A model generated the notes under the pieces. That model saw only the letters and a list, made by a program, of their open reading frames with translations, did no database searches and had not been told where the DNA came from. A stretch of DNA of 64,000 nucleotides. Origin: Podarcis tiliguerta. Lineage: Eukaryota. The translations under genes and the position numbers were made by a program. Location of the stretch: assembly GCA_965153285.1 (NCBI GenBank), contig OZ229117.1, one strand, 5' to 3'. Shown here piece after piece: positions 63,089-64,000 of the stretch (position 1 is the first letter of the stretch; each line of letters opens with the position of its first letter).

Positions 63089-64000
63089 TTCTTTGCTTAT
63101 TACTTGTGTGTGTAGCCCACCCTTCAAGGGTCCCAGAGCGGCTTAATATTACAGGCAGGTGCTGCTTGGGGGCTTCCCTTTGGGGCATCTGTTTGGTTGC
63201 TGTGAGAACAGGATGCTGGACTAGGTAGGCCCCCTTTGGCCTGATCCAGCCGCCAGGCTCTTTTAAGCTCACAATTAAAAACAAATGCAGCTTGCCATTC
63301 AAACAATAAAACAAGAACCACCAAACAGTGATGTCAAAATAACAGAAGAGCAGCATAGAACTGCAGCACATAGCGATGCAGGAGGAGGGAAGATGTCTAC
63401 TCAGCCAAAGGCCTCCTGGGTCAAGTGATGTGTCCTGACTAATCAATTAAAAGCATGCAGTGCACAGAGACAAGCCCCAGAGGGGAGGGCATTCCACAAC
63501 CTGGGAGCCACTACAGGGAAGCCCTCTCACTGACTGCCCCCCTTGAAAGCCTCTCTTCTGATCATCCACCAGAGTGGCCAAGGTAGTTTTGGTGCTGTAT
63601 CTGGGTGTGAAGCCGGATTAAGTGTGTCTAGATCAATATTATTTGCAGTTCTGCAACAAAAACCAGTTCTTTGCTATTATGATTGAAGGTGAGCTACAGG
63701 CCAGGGTGTTTCTATTCCAGGGAAGTCCAAAATTTGGCATCCCGGAGGTGGCGGGGGAGATTCACTTTTGTTTTTTTCCCTATGATCCATCTCTAGGGTA
63801 ACCTTTGCCAACCAGAAGTTTTAAACTACAGTTCCCATCAGCCCAAGGCAACACAGCTGGGCAGCTCCAGCATCTTGTGGCCATGCTGCCTGGGGCAGAT
63901 GGGGGTTGTACCCCAAAATCTCTGCAAGGCACCAACTGTCATGCTTTATGGGGCTGAGCCCCTACTTGACAGAGCTGCTCCTCCAGCCCTCTGTTGTTTG

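Overview
Vertebrate genomic DNA, not prokaryotic. The repeat content (Sauria SINE, Squam3-like SINE, hAT/Tc1 MITEs, CR1, Penelope-like remnants) points to a squamate, probably a lacertid lizard. The window is the conserved block TANGO6(+) - HAS3(+) - CHTF8(-) - UTP4/CIRH1A(+). It holds the last 9 coding exons of TANGO6 (2777-30208), a complete 3-coding-exon HAS3 (42467-46873, 548 aa, ~4 kb 3'UTR), a complete compact CHTF8 (52563->51986, 117 aa), and the first 13 coding exons of UTP4 (53221-62456, continues past the window). CHTF8 and UTP4 share a CpG-island bidirectional promoter. All exons were delimited by hand from GT-AG sites and reading-frame continuity. Most ORFs in the supplied track are spurious. 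I found no clearly new multi-gene system. The best leads are: (i) two Penelope-derived long hairpins in UTP4 introns that carry minimal hammerhead-ribozyme cores in the sense orientation; (ii) no recognisable DERPC downstream of CHTF8, but an open frame that starts on the CHTF8 stop codon and spans the whole 3'UTR; (iii) consensus cryptic splice donors in UTP4, one at a transposon boundary that would create a poison exon extension.
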